From contig OZ024740.1 of NCBI GenBank assembly GCA_964016885.1, positions 244,218,001 to 244,282,000 on the forward strand: a stretch of 64,000 nt of DNA. The letters are read 5' to 3'. Every line of letters begins with the position of its first letter. Position 1 is the stretch's first letter. Shown in pieces: positions 55,631 to 64,000 of this stretch. The stretch comes from Eledone cirrhosa (Eukaryota). The notes under the pieces are model-generated. The model saw only the letters and a list, made by a program, of their open reading frames with translations, was not told the origin of the DNA and did no database searches. Made by a program: the position numbers and the translations under genes.

Positions 55631-55944
55631 AATTTCATTACTGCATTATCTAAATGCACCTCCCTGGTCATGAGTTAGGTGCAGCATTGTGTTTCTTACT
55701 TTTGTTGGTGTACTGCATCAAACTTGTTTTGTTATGCATGTTGTTTCTTGTGTTATTTTAGTATTTTTTCTATTATGTATCCTATCTGTAATGTGAGTTC
55801 TGTTATTTTCATAATCACTTTATGTCTAGTTTTCACACTGATGATGACGATGATGATAATTGTTGTTGCTGTTATTATTATAATGTTTTTACATGTCTAA
55901 CAAGATAAACACACCAAAGCTGCTATCATAAAGAAGAGACTCAC

Positions 55945-56064
55945 CAATCATTTCAAGTTTAATATGCAAAAACTGTTCCATTTCATCTTCCAAAGTATCT
56001 TGTGAATCCAAAGGAACCATAAGATGTCCAAAAAATTCCGTGTTGATGATATGCATAGACATTC
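55945..56064 (-). CDS. COLGALT1: COLGALT exon
   Basis: GMSMHIINTEFFGHLMVPLDSQDTLEDEMEQFLHIKLEMI. 120 bp, phase 1/1, cag|...|gtgagt. Confidence 0.95.
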
Positions 56065-56512
56065 CTGTTTAATAGACAAAGCAAATATAATATTGACAAC
56101 AATAAACATTGACTATGACAATTTTTAGATTTTTAATGCCTCTGTTACCATAAAATTTTGGAAGAATTTAGTAATATAACTACTTTTCTCATTATTAAGC
56201 TGGTGTTTGGAATATAATAAAGATTTTTACATGAAATTATGATGGAAGGTATTTAGGAAAATATAAGTACTTTAAAATAAAAAGTTTTGTATCATACAAC
56301 CAAGAGTGGTTTCAGACAAGTCGGTATCAAATAAGTGAAACAGTTCTTGCTCTTTGTGAGAGACTGGCATCTAACCTAAAGGTGGGGGTGCATTCTTACT
56401 TGCTTAACATCGATGAAACTAAGATAAGCTCTAATGTAATGAACTCCAAGTCTTGAGACAAATTTCAATTTTTCAATTAGTTATTACAACTAGAATGTAT
56501 TTTATAACTTAC

Positions 56513-56717
56513 CAGCATGTTTGGCAGCATAAGCAAACTGTATGATGTCATCAAAGGGACCATTATATTCAGGTGGTGGTTTATTAAATGACAGTTTCTT
56601 CACCCCTACATGGTTCATATCAATCATATAGACCGAATGAACCATTGGGACTTTAAAGCAACCCCGTTTATGCCACCGAACAATTGGTTCATAATCTGGT
56701 GTTCTTTCATAATATCC
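56513..56717 (-). CDS. COLGALT1: COLGALT exon
   Basis: GYYERTPDYEPIVRWHKRGCFKVPMVHSVYMIDM...GPFDDIIQFAYAAKHA. Conserved GYY.RT, GCF.VPMVHS and DDII.FA motifs, with canonical splice sites. Confidence 0.97.
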
Positions 56718-58797
56718 CTAAGGACAGAAAGGAAAAAGACAGGAATTCAATGTATTGTATTTTAGAGTGGTTAACCTTCAACCGGGGGAGCGCTGGGTAC
56801 CATAAAAAAATCCCCTCTCCTATGTTTCTGCTAATGAGAGTGCCTTAATATGGTCACTTGATTTTCTAGAATTAACAATCAAATCTCCATCATACCCCAC
56901 TCTAATGTTGTAAAAAAAGGAAGGACACATTATATAATGTAGCCCTGATATACAAAGATACATGATGGTAATGGCTGGAATGCCTTTAATCATAAGTCTG
57001 CTTGATCATAGCCAGGCTAGGGGAAACAACAACCTATATGAATGGCAATATATGTGTATATGTGCATACAAAAATATAACTTCCTAGTCATACCAAGTCT
57101 CTGCCTAGGTGAGGACCATGCTGCTCACACCAACATGCAGCAATGAATCATATGGAGAGGCAGTGTAACAATGTATATATCCAGTCTACCTCTGTACACC
57201 TGTAGCTTCAGTTGATGCTCACAACAAAGGTGGATACAGTGGACTCTGTCAAACTGCAATGGTGGCTCTTTAGTAACCCTAGTTGAGACAAACCCTACAG
57301 TCCTTCCCCAAACCTCACAACACTGCTTTACCTCACAAAGGACTTGCATTTCATATCCTAAATATCTTGAGATAACATCTGAATAGATCTTGTGACCTTT
57401 CTCATTAGCTGGCTAAGGTCTCCAGAAGATGAATGATGATGCAAGCTCATCTTGTGGTAAAAAGCAGTACCCAGGAAATTGTACTCTATGCTGGCTTACT
57501 GTCTGGGATAGACAGTAAATCTGTTAATTTATGCCAGCTGCCAGGTCGCCCATTTCATTTTACATGCGCCCTCCAAAACTCTCTATCCAACACTAGTGTT
57601 CTAACCTCTTCTACACTATCCAATCCAGTATCTTCCCGTAGTAAAGTTTAATAAATTTGTTTTGATGTTGGGTGTGTTTTCCTCAAAAGATTCTGTGTCC
57701 TATATAGAAGTTGAGTATAACAAGCATCCTATTGTTTTTAAAGCTTTATAGAAAGAACCAGTGTATCCTAACTATACAAAAGAACTGCCTCAAGTCTGAT
57801 TCTAAAATTACCTCTAGCTACAATCATAGGAAGGGTCTATGCCTGTGAGCCATATAAAGGAAGTGGGCTCAATCACAACACAAACTTCAGTCATATGGAA
57901 AGCACCAGTCATCAACTATATCACCTTTTTACCATTCATTATCAAGTATCAGTAATGCACTTGGTAATTGCTGGCCTTGTGCCTAACGTAGAAACAATTA
58001 TCATTTGGCAACCATTATTCAGGCAGGACTTACAAGTGGATTATTAGAAGAATAATAGTAAATGTGTGATGTGGCTGGTGCTTCCTCAGTGACTAGAATA
58101 TGAAGCGTGTGCGACCTTTCTGTGGTAATGCTATATCATGAGCTATGGTGAAGACTTGCCACACATGACAGTCAATGACGAATATGATATGTTTTACAGT
58201 TAACCAGTATTAGTAATACAGCAGAGTGGTGGGTTGGCAGAATCATTATGGCCAGCTCTTTACTTTCTGAATTCAAATCTGAGATCAACTTTGCCAGTCA
58301 GGCACTAGGATCAATGTAATCAATCTATCATTCCCCACAAATTTTCTGGCCTTATGCCTATGTTAGAAATCATTATAATCATTCTTATCAAAGAAATCAT
58401 TAGTATCAGTGAATTGGCAGTATCATTACTGCATTAGACAAAATGCTTTGCAGTACTTCATTACAGCACTCTACAGTCTTACTTCAAATTCTGCAGAGGT
58501 CTTCTTTGCCTTTCATTCTTCTGGGGCTGATAAAATAAAGTATAGATTAAGTACTGGGGGTCAACATAATCGATTTTCTTTTTCCTCAAAATTACTGGCC
58601 TTGTGTCAATGTTATAAATAATTATTGGTAATACAGAAATAGTTCCATTCTACTTTGGTGTTGTCTTTTCAGTATTCTATGACAATTGTATCTAAAGCTA
58701 AATAACTTCACAAGACAACAGTAGAAGAAAACACTAACAAATGAACATCAGCAGAAATAAGAAGAACAATAGGCATGTTAGATATATATTTACTTAC

Positions 58798-58873
58798 ATG
58801 TTCATTAATCCCACACCAGAAGTTAGAATAGAGGCTGTCAGTTGATACATTAAGCTGAGGTGAAATAATAGGT
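58798..58873 (-). CDS. COLGALT1: COLGALT exon
   Basis: AG/GT bounded and in phase. PIISPQLNVSTDSLYSNFWCGINEH contains the conserved YSNFWCG. Confidence 0.95.
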
Positions 58874-60507
58874 CTGGAAACAAAAAAAAAACAAAAAAAA
58901 ACACTCACAAAAAAAACCCCAAAAACACACGAAGTAGAAAAGAAAGTCTAAGGAACAGTAGGCAATAATAAGTGTCATGGACATCAGTAGAGAAAAGTGT
59001 TAGGAAATAATTGTAACAATACTTCATTAACAACAGAAGTAATGCAACCAATTATGAGAAATGCTATTGTTCATGACAAAAAAGTAATCGGGAGACAACA
59101 GTTATATTTTTAAAGATATTACAATTTTGTTCGTTAATTAAATTTCTTTTTTGTCTTTCATAATTTTTAATTTATTATTTATAATAGGAGAAATGATAAT
59201 AATAAAGAGGTAATAATATGTTTATTTCTTATTATATCTAATTATTATATTTTCATATAAATGTCCCTACATGGGATTAGAATTGTTCATTTTACAAACA
59301 CATAATGACAATGAGGAAGAGGAGGTTGGGACTGGAATTGTTAATTTAGGAGAAAATTGTTGAGAGAATCCGGTTATTTCAATTATTAGTCAGAGGTATG
59401 AAAGTAATTAAGTACATTATATTTGTCAGTTAATTATCTTCTATCTTTAATAACCTTTGTTCTCACCAAGTCTAATGTCTCAACTTTAGAAACTATGAAA
59501 GATGGTTGGAGAGAAAAACTTAGTTCAGTATCTTAATGTTACTGAGTTCAAATCTTGTCACATTCAACCTTGTCTTTTCATTCTTCTGGGGTCAATAAAA
59601 TAATACATATGTTATTGTTAACAATTGAATTATGGAAGTGAGGAAGTGTTTGTATACTAAGCCATAACCTTCACTTAATCAAATTCGCATGTTGATATAA
59701 GAGTTTCAACATACCATGTTTCAATACCATGTGCTATTTGCACCACCCTGCTGTATAGCAGCAAGATGTGGTCAATGAGAAAGCCAGACTTATATAAGCA
59801 GGAAGTATTTGGCCTCTTTTGCCTTCACCAAATCCTCTACATTCTTGATTATTTTATTTTATTTTATTTTGTCATGGTTGATAGATTCATTGCCTTGAAC
59901 AACTACTGTTCAAAAGGTGAGTTTGTCACTCACTTTGTCATCCATATGACTGTATGGCAAAACAGTAAGTGATCAGCACATCAATAAAGTCATAAGAGTT
60001 TTGGATGAAATGATTTACAGCGCTTTTATTCCAGCTCACTAAGTTCTGAGTCCAAATTTCAAGGTTGTAGATTAGGTGGCAGATTGACAGAATTGTTAAT
60101 GTTATAGGGGACACCTTGTGATGGTATCTATTCTGGCTTTGTGTGTTTTGAGTTCTAATTCAGCCTTTATCCACTTGAAAAATGGCAACATAATAAGACT
60201 GGAGCTCCCATCATTCAAACACCTGAGAAACTTTTTATCTGATGAAACCCCATAAGAAGCCAGCTAACCCTGTGTAAGTCTTAGCCATAACAACACCATA
60301 TGTGAGACATGAACAGTGGAAGTGTATAACACTGTTACATGATCTCACAGGACCACCAACCAAACATATGGAGGAGGAGGAGAATTAACAAGACTGTTAT
60401 AGCAAACATGTGTCACAACCAAACTAAACATATAAAACAGGAAGACAAACAGAGACAGACAGACATGACATATGATAGCAACAGGAACAATACACAATAA
60501 TACTTAC

Positions 60508-60572
60508 TTGTTTTGTTGAATAAGAATGGAAAACAAATCTGGATTCTCAATGACGATGTCTGCATCCATCAA
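60508..60572 (-). CDS. COLGALT1: Procollagen galactosyltransferase (GT25), most 5' coding exon found in window
   Basis: tttcag|TTGATGGAT...CAAAACAA|gtaagt. Translates LMDADIVIENPDLFSILIQQN(K), matching the COLGALT FVDADNL..NPDTL..LI.ENK DxD region. The COLGALT1 vs COLGALT2 distinction is not meaningful in an invertebrate. Confidence 0.9.
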
Positions 60573-61661
60573 CTGAAACATAAACACAAACAAGAAGCAA
60601 AATTAGAATGGATTATCACAGCACTTACCTCACTTTGGTATGGAAAAAGATTTACATTTGAGATTCCAGGGAGGTTGTGGAGGGCATGTATGATTGTTAG
60701 AGAATGTTCAAGTACAAATGTGAAGAAGCATTTAGTTCCCAAGGTAGTATAGGATTTGGAGAAATTCCATTATATATATTATAAAAGAACTATAATATCT
60801 AAAAACTGAAAAGAATTTATGAAAGAACTAATGGGATTCTGTCCACGTGAATATTTTAAAATCACTGATAATCTTAGGATTTACACAACAAAGCAAGTTA
60901 ATCTCAATTCATTGTTTATCAACTGAAATATCTGATATTATTTTTATGGAGCCAGAGCAGATACAGTGATACAGATAACAACATTTAACAAAAAGATTCT
61001 AAAATAATAAAAGTACATCTGAGATATTTGTTCAAGATATATTCACAATGATAATGATAATATAGAACTGAAATCAATCCATAAAGATTAAGGAAAGGTT
61101 ATAGATTAGTAGTACTGCATATAATAGCAGACAATTAAGTCCATTAGTAAAACTAAACCAGCTTCAGACATGAAACATAGCTACAGAATCATAGATTAAA
61201 TATAGTAAAACATCAGAATCTTAGGAAACTAGTGATGTTATGCAGGCGCAGCAAATAATACAAATGATTCAAACAATGAAATAAGCTTTATGCAGAACCC
61301 TTCTTTTCAATGAAGTGTCCCATCATACATACAGTTCATATCACCTGTCTTTTCTATTCATACACTTACACACTTTACCGTCTTTCACCCACACCTGTAC
61401 ACTATGATGCCTTGCTCAGAGCACACAATAATATCATAGATTCTTCATATCACCACACATTTAAAAACTGGACAGAGATGCCTCAGTCCACTTCTTCAAT
61501 TTTTTCATTTCCTGGAATACTTTACCAAATTTACTTAACTATTATTTATAGCGATCAACTATTACTATTACAGCCTTTTGTGGTGAGATGCACACATTAA
61601 AATTGTCCCAATGCTTTTAAGTCAATTACAGTTTATATATAGTAGTTTGGACAATCAAATG

Positions 61662-61692
<31 letters not shown>

Positions 61693-62649
61693 CAAAATGT
61701 CATCATAATCATCTTGTTGGTGTTATGCCAGCTCTGGTAATGATGCCAATAATACAATGGTGGTCATGATGACAATGACAGCACTTTATTCCTCTAATCT
61801 CGCCACATTTCTACACTATATATAAATAGTTAAGAATATTAGAATATAATATAGAAAGGTCACCAATTTCGTAAACTTTTGCTCAATTTATTTTAATTTT
61901 GAGCTGTAACCATTTCATAGTAACGACTGAATTTACAATATAAGAAAGTTCTAGGTAGAATTAAGGGTAACAGGAGCTCTAACAAATTCTGGCGATGAGT
62001 GTCTTTGTTCAACAGAACAATTAACTCTTATAGTTAATATGTAAGTGGTTGAGTATTCCAATGTGTACCATTAATATAATTCTCAAGGGTATTCAGTGTG
62101 ACAGTAAAGGGACCACTTAAATTACAAGTACAGAGTGAGTGGCTGAGTATTTCATAGAGATGTGTAGCCTTAATACAGTTATCAGGCAGATTCAGTGTGA
62201 CATAGTATGTAACAAAACTGGCACAATTTTACAAAATTACAGGTAATTTCTTTGCAGGGTTGACATCAAACAAAACAGCACACGTAGATATAATCCAATC
62301 CAATCCAGAGCTTTCTCACTCCTGTTTGAGGAACCCCTCCCTGGTTGACCTCAAACACATTCTCTTTGGTTTCAGTCATGTCAGGGGTATAGCTGTGATC
62401 ACCACACTTGGCCAATTGTGGGTTGGTGAGGCTATTTAACCCATAGTTGGTATGGATGGCCATTGACTCTGAAGATCCACTTACTCTCCTCACCAGACCA
62501 GGGTCTGGTGGAGGAACCAGTTTAATCACTGACCATGAAGCAGACTGTACTGGGTTACATCAGGAATCAGACACTGGCAGCAGTGCAAATATATTCCATT
62601 CTTTAGCATCCATCATCACTACACAGGTTTCAATTGTTTTTATTTTTAA

Positions 62650-63260
62650 TATTATAATAGTGGTGGTGGTGGTGGCTGTGATAATGATAGTGGTATTGGA
62701 AAAGTTGATGGTGATGATAATGGTGGTGGCGGTGCTGGTGGTGGTTGCTGTGGTAATAATAGTCATATTGATAGTGATGAGGGTGATAAGATGTTGGTGG
62801 TGATTGTTATAACAATAGTGATATTGGTAGTCATGATGATGATGATGGTATGGTTTAGCTGTAATAACGAATGGTGTTGGCAGTAATGATGATGATGATG
62901 GTGATGATGATAGTGGTGGTGGTGGTGGCAGTGGTGGTAGCTGTGATAATGACAGTGCTATTAATATTGAAGATGGTGGTGGCGGTGTTAGTGGCTGTGA
63001 TAACAAGTGGTATGGGGAGTGTTTGTGATGATAATGGTGGTGGTGGCTGTGATAATATGATAATGATGATAGAGATAGTGGTGATGACTGTTATAACAAA
63101 AGTGGTATTGGTGGTAATGATGGTAGCAATGGTGGCCATGATACAGTATTGGTATCAATAGTGATGATGATGTTGATGATGATGATCGTGGTGGTGGTAG
63201 TAGTGGGGCAGTAACTGTGATCATGAAAGTGGTAATGATGATGATGATGATAGCAATGAA
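62650..63260. repeat. (GAT/GGT)n low-complexity intronic tract
   Basis: Trinucleotide-rich. A similar tract lies at 52600-52790. Confidence 0.85.
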
Positions 63261-64000
63261 GAATATGACAGCTTTACATTACATTAATAGCTAAATCTTG
63301 GGTAATTATGCATTACTTGCAGACAGTTAAGAAAAAGAAAAAGAAACATTTAAATTTCAAAAGTTGTAAGAACATTATTTCTTCAAGAAATGAAAGATTC
63401 CAGATCCCCCACCTGACCCGACACTGGGAACACTCCACCACCCACATATCCACCACCAATTTCCTTAGATATTATGATGATATGAAATATCTTAAACAAC
63501 AAACAACTTAACTGCTGACAAGAACTTCCCAAGAGAAATTCTTGTGAGAAGTAGAAGAGAAAGAAAAAGAAAGTAAAACCTATTTGTTTACATTAGATAA
63601 AGTGATCAGATTTGAAAGTGAAAGTAGAAACATCCAATAAACAACATTAATGTAAGGATATAAAAAAATACAAGATTTTAAAAATATATAAAAAATATAA
63701 GAATACAAATACATAAGAATATCAATATATGAAAATATAATATAAAACTATTAGAATATAAATGTATAAAAATATATAGAAATGCCAAAAGAAGGAAAAA
63801 AAGTAGAAATAGCCAAAATGTTCAATTGAGGCAATAATACAATAAGGAAAGAGGAGAGAGAGCATTGTAGAATACAATCAGTTTAATTACTGAAGAACCT
63901 TTGTTAGGATTAAAATGATATTCCAGAGAGACAAGTAACATTCAGATCAGATAACAATATTTACACTTCTGGCAATTAATATTTGGGAAATATGAAACAC

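Noticed and set aside
57120-57720. Possible decayed LINE fragments (also 53470-53700 and 62270-62630)
   Set aside because: Only vague similarity. A repeat-library search would be needed.
60621-60660. Strong donor-like GAG|gtaagt on the minus strand just upstream of the first identified exon
   Set aside because: The translation does not resemble the expected preceding COLGALT segment (..ARxxWADY), and the intron would be very short.

Overview
This is AT-rich, microsatellite-saturated animal DNA. It looks like octopus/cephalopod, which I infer from the repeat content. The only host gene I can support is on the minus strand: 11 coding exons (60572 down to 40139) of a procollagen galactosyltransferase (COLGALT/GLT25D, GT25 family). 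All junctions are GT-AG and in phase, the protein ends in KVEL, and its 5' exons lie beyond the window. The first ~33 kb is dominated by Penelope-like retroelements (PLEs). Three carry RT, two of them with a GIY-YIG endonuclease and long inverted pseudo-LTRs (pLTRs). There are also several short non-coding fold-back derivatives, mostly inserted in (TA)n, and about 20 type I hammerhead ribozyme (HHR) motifs from at least 8 sequence families. Also present are tRNA-derived SINEs, RTE, CR1 and R4/Dong LINE fragments, a dead mariner, a Tigger-like MITE and two Helitron-like non-autonomous elements. The most notable signal is a recurrent asymmetric palindromic, ribozyme-bearing architecture whose short arm ends at a family-specific position.
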